A DNA stretch of 62,982 bases, filler included, from Octopus bimaculoides (GCF_001194135.2; 8 parts of 7 records of this genome joined end to end with filler, not necessarily neighbours in it); one strand, 5' to 3'; positions 13,231-26,844 are shown, numbered from the whole stretch's first letter. Made by a program: numbers and translations. The notes: a model not told the origin generated them from the letters alone.

Positions 13231-14188
13231 ATGTTCTAGAACAGACAAGTATAAGTTATTTTGCTGGATGTTCTCTGTTTTCGAAAGATGTGCCGGTGAA
13301 CAACAAAACACATTTGGTGATATGATGGAAAGAAACATATTCATAGAAGTTATCTTTAAAGCGGCGAGAAACNNNNNNNNNNNNNNNNNNNNNNNNNNNN
13401 NNNNNNNNNNNNNNNNNNNNNNNNNNNNNNNNNNNNNNNNNNNNNNNNNNNNNNNNNNNNNNNNNNNNNNNNNNNNNNNNNNNNNNNNNNNNNNNNNNNN
13501 NNNNNNNNNNNNNNNNNNNNNNNNNNNNNNNNNNNNNNNNNNNNNNNNNNNNNNNNNNNNNNNNNNNNNNNNNNNNNNNNNNNNNNNNNNNNNNNNNNNN
13601 NNNNNNNNNNNNNNNNNNNNNNNNNNNNNNNNNNNNNNNNNNNNNNNNNNNNNNNNNNNNNNNNNNNNNNNNNNNNNNNNNNNNNNNNNNNNNNNNNNNN
13701 NNNNNNNNNNNNNNNNNNNNNNNNNNNNNNNNNNNNNNNNNNNNNNNNNNNNNNNNNNNNNNNNNNNNNNNNNNNNNNNNNNNNNNNNNNNNNNNNNNNN
13801 NNNNNNNNNNNNNNNNNNNNNNNNNNNNNNNNNNNNNNNNNNNNNNNNNNNNNNNNNNNNNNNNNNNNNNNNNNNNNNNNNNNNNNNNNNNNNNNNNNNN
13901 NNNNNNNNNNNNNNNNNNNNNNNNNNNNNNNNNNNNNNNNNNNNNNNNNNNNNNNNNNNNNNNNNNNNNNNNNNNNNNNNNNNNNNNNNNNNNNNNNNNN
14001 NNNNNNNNNNNNNNNNNNNNNNNNNNNNNNNNNNNNNNNNNNNNNNNNNNNNNNNNNNNNNNNNNNNNNNNNNNNNNNNNNNNNNNNNNNNNNNNNNNNN
14101 NNNNNNNNNNNNNNNNNNNNNNNNNNNNNNNNNNNNNNNNNNNNNNNNNNNNNNNNNNNNNNNNNNNNNNNNNNNNNNNNNNNNNNNA

Positions 14189-14412
14189 CCACAACCTTCT
14201 CTCACTCTTACTTCCTGTTTCTGTTGTGCCTGTAATTCAAAGGGTCAGCCTTGTCACACTGTGTCACGCTGAATATCCCCGAGAACTACGTTAAGGGTAC
14301 ACGTGTCTGTGGAGTGCTCAGCCACTTGCACGTTAATTTCACGAGCAGGCTGTTCCGTTGATCGGATCAACTGGAACCCTCGACGTCGTAAGCGACGGAT
14401 TGCCAACAACAA
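14189..14412 (+). mobile_element. SINE family C, 5' part in gap
   Basis: Near-identical to the 3' part of the 60411 copy; ends gccaacaacaac. Confidence 0.9.
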
Positions 14413-15369
14413 CCTCGCCCCGTAAACTTTAAGATCATCAGACAGAAAGGTTTCAATGTTTTGCCTCTCTAAAGTCAGAAAAATTCCGTCCCACTTCTGT
14501 TTGTTTTATTTCGAGTAGCTTTCATATCAGTTTCTCATACAGAATCCTTTAAAAGGAATTCTGGAAAGCAAGTGTAGTGGATTTAAGTGATAAATGTCTA
14601 ACTTTTAGTCAATCTATCACCCCATCACCACGTTTCTGAAATTTTGGAGCTTAATATCATCTCAGTTAACTGATGTAAGCAGAATTAGGATTTATTCCCA
14701 GTAGACAGAGTGCAGTACCAATGATAGGATAAAAATACGAATTTATAAGATGAGAGGGCGACGCCTTATCCATTTAGCTATTGCAATTTCACACCATATT
14801 TTCTGCAAGGGCCTAAATCATTCTCAATGATGATAGATTTAGTTCTCATACACCTAAGGCACAATTATGGTATATTCCATTGTTTTTTATTTTGGTTTTT
14901 AGCTTCACAATGAAATTTATTGTGCTGCCTTTGACAGTTTTTAGCATCAGCCCTTTGATGATTTATTCGTCTTTCACTGAGAAAGAAAACATACTGATGA
15001 ATTCTCCTTGTCACAGACCTTTGTGTCGATCTGTTTGTCAAAGGAAATTCAAGCCAAACAGAGTCATGGAAAAAGCGAATTAAAGCGAGGAGCAATAAAG
15101 ATTCGTCATTGGTGGGCTATTCGAAAGAAATCTTCAGGCAGCTTTCATCGTCAATAAAAGAAACTTAAAAAAACAAAAAACAAAAAACAAAACAAAAAAA
15201 ACAAAAAAAAATAGTTGCTGCGACAAACACTTCCGGGCCAACCTACTCAGATACGTTCGACCCCACCTGGACTGTAACTAACCGTCACAATCACTAGACT
15301 TGCTGAAAGTTTATAGCTGTTACCACCATTTTCAGGAAACACCTATTAAAACGAAAGCAGAATAAAAAA

Positions 15370-15384
<15 letters not shown>

Positions 15385-15448
<64 letters not shown>

Positions 15449-15462
15449 TAATAATAATAATA
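15385..15462. repeat. (TAA)n microsatellite
   Basis: Directly visible. Confidence 0.95.
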
Positions 15463-16242
15463 AAAAGTTAAAATAAAAAGAACTGAAGAGATATTTTTTC
15501 AGTTGGTTTACATGTTTTTATAATTAATAATTACTTACGAATGTATTAGTTTAATCTTGTGTGAAATATAAAAATTGTAAGCTAAGCGGTCAGGTTTGAC
15601 ATAGTAACTGACAAATAAATCCCGAAAATTGAAGAAACAACTTTACCACTATAACAACCACTGCTACCATTAACAACAATAACTATAGTAACCCATGTCT
15701 GCAAAGCAATGTACCTCTACGGGGTTAGACATACAGAGTTTCAAAAAAAACAAAAACAAAAAAAAAAAAAAAAATAAATAAATAAAACATACGCCCTTCG
15801 ACGCGTTATGCTTGTAACAATGATACGACACCCACAGTTAGAGTGGAGGAAATTTGGCCTGAACTATTTAAGAACTGAATAAAAAGGAAAGAAAAACCAA
15901 AAGATTAAATGGAATCACGCAAATTAAAAAGAAAACGAGACCCTGTTTAAAATACTGTAATTCATTGCTACGACTTTCAAATACTTATGTTTCCTTCAAA
16001 GTACGTGATACATTCTGTCTTTATGTCATAGTTGCCTCCTCTCTCTTTATATCGTGCATACGCACACGAACATACATACATTCATACACATATATATACA
16101 CACTTGCACGCAAAAACATAATGCATACATATATATATATATNNNNNNNNNNNNNNNNNNNNNNNNNNNNNNNNNNNNNNNNNNNNTTAATTAATTAANN
16201 NNNNNNNNNNNNNNNNNNNNNNNNNNNNNNNNNNNNNNNNNN

Positions 16243-16287
<45 letters not shown>

Positions 16288-16733
16288 GATTATCTATCTA
16301 TCTATCTATCTGTCTGTCTGTGTGTCTGACTGCCTGCCTCTCTGTCTATCTGTCTGCCTGGTTGTCTTTCTGTCTGTCTGTCTATCTGTTTGTCTGTCTG
16401 TCTATGTAGTTGTAAGTATGTATATACATATTCAATGTTTGACAGACTAACTGAATTAAAAATATCTCGAGGCATGTACATATGAACATATGTATATGCC
16501 TGGAGTCGTTTTATGAATAAAATTATATCATACCTGAACATCTCCATGCATACACAGTCAAAGAAATAAACAGATATTCTAATGTGTATGCATTGAGATG
16601 TTTTTATTCAGTTGTGTACATTACATGAGAGTAATTCATTCATATTTAACTGTATTCTTGTTTATAGAGCTTTTGCTGGCCAGGATACAAGTTTTCGCCA
16701 CTTACAATAATGTGTGTGTACGAACAACATACA

Positions 16734-16801
<68 letters not shown>

Positions 16802-17648
16802 NNNNNNNNNNNNNNNNNNNNNNNNNNNNNNNNNNNNNNNNNNNNNNNNNNNNNNNNNNNNNNNNNNNNNNNNNNNNNNNNNNNNNNNNNNNNNNNNNNN
16901 NNNNNNNNNNNNNNNNNNNNNNNNNNNNNNNNNNNNNNNNNNNNNNNNNNNNNNNNNNNNNNNNNNNNNNNNNNNNNNNNNNNNNNNNNNNNNNNNNNNN
17001 NNNNNNNNNNNNNNNNNNNNNNNNNNNNNNNNNNNNNNNNNNNNNNNNNNNNNNNNNNNNNNNNNNNNNNNNNNNNNNNNNNNNNNNNNNNNNNNNNNNN
17101 NNNNNNNNNNNNNNNNNNNNNNNNNNNNNNNNNNNNNNNNNNNNNNNNNNNNNNNNNNNNNNNNNNNNNNNNNNNNNNNNNNNNNNNNNNNNNNNNNNNN
17201 NNNNNNNNNNNNNNNNNNNNNNNNNNNNNNNNNNNNNNNNNNNNNNNNNNNNNNNNNNNNNNNNNNNNNNNNNNNNNNNNNNNNNNNNNNNNNNNNNNNN
17301 NNNNNNNNNNNNNNNNNNNNNNNNNNNNNNNNNNNNNNNNNNNNNNNNNNNNNNNNNNNNNNNNNNNNNNNNNNNNNNNNNNNNNNNNNNNNNNNNNNNN
17401 NNNNNNNNNNNNNNNNNNNNNNNNNNNNNNNNNNNNNNNNNNNNNNNNNNNNNNNNNNNNNNNNNNNNNNNNNNNNNNNNNNNNNNNNNNNNNNNNNNNN
17501 NNNNNNNNNNNNNNNNNNNNNNNNNNNNNNNNNNNNNNNNNNNNNNNNNNNNNNNNNNNNNNNNNNNNNNNNNNNNNNNNNNNNNNNNNNNNNNNNNNNN
17601 NNNNNNNNNNNNNNNNNNNNNNNNNNNNNNNNNNNNNNNNNNNNNNNN

Positions 17649-17688
<40 letters not shown>

Positions 17689-18407
17689 TTTATTTAAAAG
17701 CAGCAGAAATATAACAAAAAAACCGTTACTCTGAGTTTCACGTTCCCGATTCTATATATGTATATATGTATGTCAAGCTATGCACATACACGCGTATATT
17801 TCTTATGTGTGAATGGACGTATGTAAAGGATGCGCATTTCTGTTTGTACGTATCTGGAAACATACAGCAGACACACGACACACACACACATGCACAGTAA
17901 CGCAAGCTTGCACACACACGTTCAAAAACACGTGTACACTCACTCACTCTGATAGTACATATATAAGACATACAGAAAACATAAATAATATACGTTAGCT
18001 ATTCAATATCAGCTGCAGCTGCAGCAAATATCGTACGGCGTTTTTAATCATTGCTAGAGATGTGTTCTGTGAACATGTGATTGACAAATATTTAAGTAAA
18101 GAAATGTACACAATAACTATGTATACACGCACCCACACTCGCATACATGTAAATTGTTTCGCAAATACTCACACACAAACGTAAACGTATCTGTATAGGT
18201 GAGTCTCTGTGTGTATGTGTGTGTGTGTTTACATAATTATATACATACATATCAACACACCCATATATGTATACATATAGGTTTTTCTCTCACTTTCTCC
18301 CCCTCTCTCTCCCATACATACATACTTGCAAACATTCATGCATGTATATATATATATATATAATCCATATATACATATACCTATACATACATATATNNNN
18401 NNNNNNT

Positions 18408-18560
18408 TTACAGAAAAATAAAAGACGAAGACAGATGTATAAACAACAAACAGGTGTATTAGTTTAACGCTCGGGAAGGTGAGAAAATCTTTTATGTTTC
18501 GAGCCTACGCTCTTCAAAAGAAAGAACACGATGAAATGAACAGAGAGAAAATAAATAAAA
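18408..18560 (-). mobile_element. Penelope-LTR-like non-autonomous repeat, copy 1
   Basis: Homologous to 19097-19335 (agacgaagacag..tgtattagt..gtttcgagcctacgctcttc). Confidence 0.6.
18488..18525 (-). ncRNA. Degenerate type I minimal hammerhead ribozyme motif
   Basis: UCUUU CUUUUGA A GAGC-GUAG-GCUC GAAAC AUA AAAGA; core positions mutated. Confidence 0.4.
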
Positions 18561-18619
18561 ACTTTTGGAGCTAGGGGTTAATCAGGGCATCCATCCATCC
18601 ATCCATCCATCCATCCATA

Positions 18620-18809
18620 TATGGTTGTGTGGTAAGTAGCTTGCTTACCAACCATAGGGCTTCGGCTTCTCATCCCACTGCGTGGCACCTTGGATAAGTG
18701 TCTTCTATCATAGCCTCGGGCTGACCAAAGCCTTGTAAGTGGATTTGGTAGACGGAAACTGAAAGAAGCCTGTCGTATATATATACGACAGGCTTATATG
18801 TGTGTGTGT

Positions 18810-18850
<41 letters not shown>

Positions 18851-19085
18851 CGTGCGCGTGTGTGTGTATGTGTGTGTGTATATGTCTGTGTGTATGATTG
18901 TCCCTCCCAGCATCGTTTGACAACTGATGCTGGTGTGTTTACGTCCCCGTAACTTAGCGGTTCTGCAAAAGAACCGATAGAATAAGTACTAGGCTAACAA
19001 AGAATAAGTCCTGGGGTCGATTTGTTCGACTAAAGGCGGTGCTCCAGCATGGCCTCAATCAAATGACTGACACAAATAAAAGAAT
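18620..19085 (+). mobile_element. SINE family A full-length copy
   Basis: Head, internal (TG)n and tail all present. Confidence 0.9.
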
Positions 19086-19096
19086 ATATATATATT

Positions 19097-19385
19097 ACCT
19101 GCTTACAGCTGGCATATGGAGAATTCACAAAAAACAACAGACGAAGACAGGTGGTGTAGAGAACAAATAGATGTATTAGTATAACACTCGGGAATTGAAA
19201 AAGTCTTTAACGTTTCGAGCCTACGNNNNNNNNNNACTCGGGAATTGAAAAAGTCTTTAACGTTTCGAGCCTACGCTCTTCCACAGAAAGGAACACAGAA
19301 AGAAACAAAGAGAGAAACAAGGAGAGAAAATAAATGTGTGTAGTGGTTAGCGATCTGTCATGGCGAATGCCGGACAGAAGGTTAT
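19097..19385 (-). mobile_element. Penelope-LTR-like non-autonomous repeat, copy 2
   Basis: Homologous to copy 1; carries a hammerhead-like motif. Confidence 0.6.
19255..19290 (-). ncRNA. Type I minimal hammerhead ribozyme-like motif
   Basis: CUUU CUGUGGA A GAGC-GUAG-GCUC GAAAC GUU AAAG: helix I 4 bp, helix II 4 bp, palindromic AACGUU helix III; core differs from CUGAUGA at 2 positions. Confidence 0.55.
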
Positions 19386-19778
19386 ATATATGTATNNNNN
19401 NNNNNNNNNNNNNNNNNNNNNNNNNNNNNNNNNNNNNNNNNNNNNNNNNNNNNNNNNNNNNNNNNNNNNNNNNNNNNNNNNNNNNNNNNNNNNNNNNNNN
19501 NNNNNNNNNNNNNNNNNNNNNNNNNNNNNNNNNNNNNNNNNNNNNNNNNNNNNNNNNNNNNNNNNNNNNNNNNNNNNNNNNNNNNNNNNNNNNNNNNNNN
19601 NNNNNNNNNNNNNNNNNNNNNNNNNNNNNNNNNNNNNNNNNNNNNNNNNNNNNNNNNNNNNNNNNNNNNNNNNNNNNNNNNNNNNNNNNNNNNNNNNNNN
19701 NNNNNNNNNNNNNNNNNNNNNNNNNNNNNNNNNNNNNNNNNNNNNNNNNNNNNNNNNNNNNNNNNNNNNNNNNNNNNA

Positions 19779-20913
19779 ATATTGATATTTTTTCTCTGTT
19801 GTTATAATCATCTGAAATGGAACTGTTAAAGCGCGATATTCGAGCAATTTTTCTATTCAACTTCAAAAAAGGACATAAAGTAGCTGAAACTGCTCGCGAT
19901 ATCAACGAAACGCTTAGTGAGGAAATGAACAATAAGTGGTCAGCTCGAAAATGGTTTAAACGATTTTGCAGTGGAGCCCTGAGCCTTGAAGATCGTGAGC
20001 GTAGTGGACGCCCATCTGTCATCGAAGATGGTTAATTAAAGACCGTCATTGAGAAAGATCCACGTAAAACCATTCGAGAGCTGGCAAAAGGACTTCAAAT
20101 TAGCCAGAGAACTGCCTGCAACCATTTACATGCGATTGGAAAATCAAAAAAGCTCGACAAAAGGGTACCACACGATTTGAAGGAAAATCAGAAAATGCGC
20201 AGGTATGAAATTTGCTCGTCGCTTCTTCTCCGTAACCAGACCGATCCATTTCTCGATCGTATTGTAACTTGCGATGAAAAGTGGATTCTGTACAATAATA
20301 AAAAACGTTCTTTGCAGTGGTTGGACCAAAATGAAGCACTGAAAACCTTCCCTAAGCTCGAGCTCTTCAAAATGAAGATTATGGCGACTGTTTCGTGATG
20401 TACTGCTGGACTCATCCATTGACTTCTTAGAACCCGAAAAAAACTATGCAGAAACATATTGCCATAAAATTGACAAAATGAATGAAGAACTGCTACTCCT
20501 CCGTTCCAGACTGGTCAACAGAAGAGGGCCAATTATTCTTCATGATAATGCTCAACCACACGTTTCACTAATGCCGCTCCAGAAGCTGAGGGAACTTGGC
20601 TATGAAGTTCTTTCTCACCCAGCTTATTCTTCAGACCTTTCTCCTACCGACTGCCACTTTTTCAAGCATCTTGATGGTTTCCTGCGAGAGAAAGAGTTCA
20701 AAAATCAAACCGATGCTGAAAGTGCGTCCAAAGAGTTCATCAGCTCCAGAACTCCAGATTTTTATGTTACCGGAATAAACAAACTTGTTACTCGTTGTAA
20801 AAAATGTGTTGATTGTAATGGTACTTACTTTGATGAATAAAACAACCGCATTGTTGAAATATATTTTGATGAATTTCATGCTTCAAAACATTGCTTACTT
20901 TTTACTCAGCCTG

Positions 20914-20914
<1 letters not shown>
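19779..20914 (+). mobile_element. Mariner (DD34D) transposon, inactivated transposase
   Basis: RSGRPS HTH linker, VTCDEKW, LHDNAQPH, YSSDLSPTDCHFF; stop at 20033-20035 and further breaks; 5' end in gap. Confidence 0.95.
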
Positions 20915-20954
<40 letters not shown>

Positions 20955-21820
20955 CACAACACATACACACATGTATAAACAGAAGGACATTTCTGCTATA
21001 TACTTATTAACAGTTTTAAAGTTTTGTAGCTTATATCTGTATTATTTGAAGTTTCATAAACGTAAAACCAGATCTGAAGTTTCAAATACCGACGATCAAA
21101 CAAAAGCGGTTACAATTTTTACGTTTGTTTCGAAACCTGTAATTCTTTGCAATCCTTCAGATGAAGTGAGAATAGCCCTATAAACCACTGTTGTATAAAA
21201 GTGGAACGCCCCTCCCAGTGGACAGATTTTCTAGCAATATGAGCCTCGCCATGTAAAATAAGTAAATTTGCACCATAGGTTTTATCTCACTGTGTGCAAA
21301 CATTGTGGGATCGATCTGAGTGGTTTCTAGTCTTCTTAGCCTTTCATCATGGTATAATATCCATCTTTCCTTTGCGGATAGATTAGTAGATTATTACTAT
21401 TAGTAGTGTATACAAACTTGAACAAAGCTTAACCTGTCAGTTTAGTTTGCATAAAAGCATGCATCGACATCATGGATTATTTAATTATTATGTCTGTATG
21501 AGGAACATTTATGCCCATGTATCTCCTTGCTGCAATTGAGTGTAAATGTGTATGCGCTTACAACCACGTATGTATTTATCTTTTTGTGTATATGTATGTG
21601 TATATGTGAATGAATGCTTGCACGTGCGTGTCAGTGTGTCAGCATGCTCAGGTCTGTCACTTCAAATAAATTTGTATGTCAGTTAAAAATGAAGCTTTTA
21701 AGTGTAGATCAATAATTGATATCAATAAAAGAATGACATCGTTGGAAGTGCTTCCAGTTGTCTATGAAAACTAATTAAAACATTAAAGAATGATTATTGG
21801 TGTTAGTAATGTATATATAC

Positions 21821-21858
<38 letters not shown>

Positions 21859-23765
21859 NNNNNNNNNNNNNNNNNNNNNNNNNNNNNNNNNNNNNNNNNT
21901 GTTACTTTTCGGAAGTATACGTTTCCCACAGTGGGTAGTATCAAGAAACATGGTTTGCATACAATAATTATGATTTAACATTTATCAAATTTCTTGGTGT
22001 TTATACAAAATGATGAAGTGAATACTAATTTTCAGAAAGAAAAATATTTATTAACTTAAAATAAATTTAAATAAAACAATATTCGAAAAGATAAAACAGA
22101 ATGAAGCCAAAATTACTCTGTGTGTTGGTTTTATATTATGATTTTGTATAAATGTTATCAGAAAATCTTCAATATTCGTTGATGCACACGTCCAGGACTG
22201 ACGGCTGTTTGTGTGGCTGTGCTTGCTGCCGAAATGAATTTTGAGCTAGTGCAGCGGTAATATAGTTCGATACTATAGAATAGTTCGATTCCCCATGACA
22301 GCGTGATCGTAAAGGAATTTGTCTACAGTAACAACCTGCTGTCATACTGCGTATAAGCATGGGCCGTCTACTTTTGCAATTGCTGTTTACAAGTACTCAG
22401 AGCAGTGCTGCTGCTCAGTAATTCTCTCGTCTGCCGATAAAGACGTGAAACTGCAAGATGTGAAACTGGAAACTTTCCTTCTGTAATTTTCTCAATGATA
22501 ATTGACTGAAATTAATTCAGGTTAAGTTTATCGTACAGGCAGCCACTGATCAACATGGAGAATAAGTTATATTGGAACTAGTTTTACATGGCTTGCTTAG
22601 TAACCTGAAGACTCCACAAATACCTGTCCCTTACAAGCGGGGATACAACATCGGCAAACACGTTAGCCGATCAAAGAGAGTGCTAGTGGTCCAGCAAGTA
22701 GGAGCGAGCAAAAACCCAGAGAGGACTAAGCAATTAAGTCGGGTCATCTGTCATTGCTAAGAAAAAATTCACGACGAACAGAGAACTTCGAAGTATTTCT
22801 TTGGGCCAATGGTAGAACATCTATCATCTTCACAGAAGATGTGGCTTCGAGCCTCAGGGGAAGCCATGAACTTTTTCTGTCTAAATGGTTTTTTAAAACT
22901 CAATTATTACACGCTATTATTTATAGCCTTATCTACTCCGAGTTGTATCGTTTCCAATATCTCGAACTTTCTAAGTTCTTATGACGTAAACAATATACAT
23001 ATGTATATATACACAATCAAACATATATATATNNNNNNNNNNNNNNNNNNNNNNNNNNNNNNNNNNNNNNNNNNNNNNNNNNNNNNNNNNNNNNNNNNNN
23101 NNNNNNNNNNNNNNNNNNNNNNNNNNNNNNNNNNNNNNNNNNNNNNNNNNNNNNNNNNNNNNNNNNNNNNNNNNNNNNNNNNNNNNNNNNNNNNNNNNNN
23201 NNNNNNNNNNNNNNNNNNNNNNNNNNNNNNNNNNNNNNNNNNNNNNNNNNNNNNNNNNNNNNNNNNNNNNNNNNNNNNNNNNNNNNNNNNNNNNNNNNNN
23301 NNNNNNNNNNNNNNNNNNNNNNNNNNNNNNNNNNNNNNNNNNNNNNNNNNNNNNNNNNNNNNNNNNNNNNNNNNNNNNNNNNNNNNNNNNNNNNNNNNNN
23401 NNNNNNNNNNNNNNNNNNNNNNNNNNNNNNNNNNNNNNNNNNNNNNNNNNNNNNNNNNNNNNNNNNNNNNNNNNNNNNNNNNNNNNNNNNNNNNNNNNNN
23501 NNNNNNNNNNNNNNNNNNNNNNNNNNNNNNNNNNNNNNNNNNNNNNNNNNNNNNNNNNNNNNNNNNNNNNNNNNNNNNNNNNNNNNNNNNNNNNNNNNNN
23601 NNNNNNNNNNNNNNNNNNNNNNNNNNNNNNNNNAAATCTTACTTGAATATCATTTATGAATTGTTATTAGTGAATGAATCGGTATCAGTAAGTGCAATGA
23701 TATATATATTTATATGGAAGGATTTATAAAGCTTCACTAACTTTGGGGTGGTTATAAACTATATT

Positions 23766-23971
23766 CTTTTCTGTTCTAGGCACAAAGCCTGAAATTTTGG
23801 GGGAGGGAACCAGTCGATTAGATCGACCCCCAGTACGCAACTGGTACTTAATTTATCGACCACGAAAGGCAAAGTTGACCTCAGCGGAATTTGAACTCAG
23901 AACGTAAAGACAGACGAAATACCGCGAACCGTTTCGCCTGGCGTGCTAACGTTTCTGTCAGCTCGCCGCCT
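23766..23971 (-). mobile_element. SINE family B full-length copy (tandem unit 1)
   Basis: Head aggcggcgagctgacagaaacgttagcacg on the minus strand. Confidence 0.9.
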
Positions 23972-23988
23972 TGGTTATAAAATATATT

Positions 23989-24170
23989 CTTTTCTACTCT
24001 AGGCACAAGGCCCGAAATTTTTGGGAGGGGGCCAGTGGATTAGATCGACCCCAGTACGCAACGGATACTTAATTTATTGACCCCGAAAAGATAAAAGCAA
24101 AGTCGACCTCACCGAAATTTGAACGCAAAACGTATAGAAAGACGAAATACCGTTAAGCATTTCGCCGCCT
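23989..24170 (-). mobile_element. SINE family B copy (tandem unit 2, head deletion)
   Basis: Same family; cgccgcct end retained, part of the head deleted. Confidence 0.9.
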
Positions 24171-24454
24171 TGGTCATAAAATATATTGCAATATGATTGT
24201 AGTTACGAAAATAAATAAATAGAAATTATAAAATTAGGTACCATTTACATCATCTGTTAACTGCCGTTAACAGTATTGTATAGTATATCAACTTTATCGG
24301 TAGTTATTGACGTTATAAGTGACAAGTAATTCGGAGATCGAATATGACTTGTAGTGTTTTAAAATTGAGGAGGGAAACTATAAGAATTTGATTACTCTTG
24401 GTAAATAAATAAGAAATGATCAATTCAATCATTTGATAGTATAATTTCTATAGT

Positions 24455-24790
24455 TATAATGATTTCTTCTCAAAGCGGCGACATTTGATGAAGAATTCAC
24501 ATCTGGCATTTAAACTGTCAGCAGATTTATTAAGGTTATCGAGTATGAGCTCTTTTTTAGCTATGCATAACCCACAACTCATGTATAATCTACATATCTT
24601 TAAGATCTTCCTTTTGATGTTGAAAGCAGTAGAATATTGTTTTAAAGGATCTGATTGCTTTGCCTGCATTACCCTTTTCTGTATTTCAGAAGGAAGAAAT
24701 GTGATTGAAGTAACCTTGTGTAAACCATTTTCTAACTTGCCTATATAGAGTTTATGCTTAATGTTTTGATTTGGTTGAGGTGATATCTGC
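24455..24790 (-). mobile_element. Penelope-like element GIY-YIG endonuclease / C-terminal relic
   Basis: LYIGKLEN..(frameshift)..YFNHISSF; CGLCIAKKELIL...LNARCEFFIKCRR resembles the PLE C-terminal C..C..EK..I...LN.RSE...CRH. Confidence 0.65.
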
Positions 24791-25687
24791 CGTATAGATT
24801 AATCACTTCAGATTGGAGAAGTCTTTAATTATTTGCCAAGGACAATAAGACTGTATGACTGATTTAAAAAACCATTCTTTTATATGTACATGTACATTTA
24901 AACTTCATTTAATTTAGGTTTTTCATGTTTAAAGTTTTTTATTCGTCTGTGGATTTTTATTCGTCCAGCAAACCTCATTATGAAATTTTAAGTCACAATG
25001 CATTATTACGACAGGATTAAAACCAATGAAGAAACTCTACTTCGTCTCCAGGTGCATTTCACCATAGAAAAATATACAATGGATAATGTTGTTTTGTGTT
25101 CCCTTCACAGAAAAAACACAAGATGGTTACTGCTGAAAAAACTTTCATCATAAGTTTGCACGCTCAGGGCTGATCTGGGTCTAAGCAATAACAACAAAAG
25201 CAAAAACAACAAACGAATTATATCATTAGATGTACTTCAGTCTACTACATGTATTACGTACGTTGACTCTGTTCTTGTCATCACCCGGTCTCTCTCCCAC
25301 CCCCTCTCTCTCTCTGCTATGTGTATGTATGTATATGTGTGTGTACGTGTGTATGTGTGTGCGTGTGGTGTGTGTGTGTATCTATGTATGTATATGTGTG
25401 CATGAGTGATCAACAAACAATGAAACGGTCCAACAGGAGACTCCTACCCTCGTACATCAGAAACAGACAAATGTGTTCACATACTTAATCCGCCGTGAGG
25501 TTTTGTGATGTTTAAATTTATTTAATTTCTTCTGATTTATGCTGTGTTGTGGACGTAAAGCCATTAAATGCACAAATATGCAAATTAGGCGATCAATTAA
25601 TCCAACCTAATTTATATAGCAGCTGATCTATGTTGCGGATTGAAAAAAATCAGGATACGTCTTCTCTGAAGAGCAGTCATACGTGCA

Positions 25688-25752
<65 letters not shown>

Positions 25753-26732
25753 NNNNNNNNNNNNNNNNNNNNNNNNNNNNNNNNNNNNNNNNNNNNNNNN
25801 NNNNNNNNNNNNNNNNNNNNNNNNNNNNNNNNNNNNNNNNNNNNNNNNNNNNNNNNNNNNNNNNNNNNNNNNNNNNNNNNNNNNNNNNNNNNNNNNNNNN
25901 NNNNNNNNNNNNNNNNNNNNNNNNNNNNNNNNNNNNNNNNNNNNNNNNNNNNNNNNNNNNNNNNNNNNNNNNNNNNNNNNNNNNNNNNNNNNNNNNNNNN
26001 NNNNNNNNNNNNNNNNNNNNNNNNNNNNNNNNNNNNNNNNNNNNNNNNNNNNNNNNNNNNNNNNNNNNNNNNNNNNNNNNNNNNNNNNNNNNNNNNNNNN
26101 NNNNNNNNNNNNNNNNNNNNNNNNNNNNNNNNNNNNNNNNNNNNNNNNNNNNNNNNNNNNNNNNNNNNNNNNNNNNNNNNNNNNNNNNNNNNNNNNNNNN
26201 NNNNNNNNNNNNNNNNNNNNNNNNNNNNNNNNNNNNNNNNNNNNNNNNNNNNNNNNNNNNNNNNNNNNNNNNNNNNNNNNNNNNNNNNNNNNNNNNNNNN
26301 NNNNNNNNNNNNNNNNNNNNNNNNNNNNNNNNNNNNNNNNNNNNNNNNNNNNNNNNNNNNNNNNNNNNNNNNNNNNNNNNNNNNNNNNNNNNNNNNNNNN
26401 NNNNNNNNNNNNNNNNNNNNNNNNNNNNNNNNNNNNNNNNNNNNNNNNNNNNNNNNNNNNNNNNNNNNNNNNNNNNNNNNNNNNNNNNNNNNNNNNNNNN
26501 NNNNNNNNNNNNNNNNNNNNNNNNNNNNNNNNNNNNNNNNNNNNNNNNNNNNNNNNNNNNNNNNNNNNNNNNNNNNNNNNNNNNNNNNNNNNNNNNNNNN
26601 NNNNNNNNNNNNNNNNNNNNNNNNNNNNNNNNNNNNNNNNNNNNNNNNNNNNNNNNNNNNNNNNNNNNNNNNNNNNNNNNNNNNNNNNNNNNNNNNNNNN
26701 NNNNNNNNNNNNNNNNNNNNNNNNNNNNNNNN

Positions 26733-26763
<31 letters not shown>

Positions 26764-26844
26764 ATATATGTATATATATGCGTGCACACACATACACGCG
26801 CGCGCGCATGCACACATACACACATACATACACACATACACACT

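Noticed and set aside
19187-19275. 40-bp tandem duplication of the hammerhead region
   Set aside because: Flanks a 10-N gap; an assembly overlap, not a true ribozyme dimer
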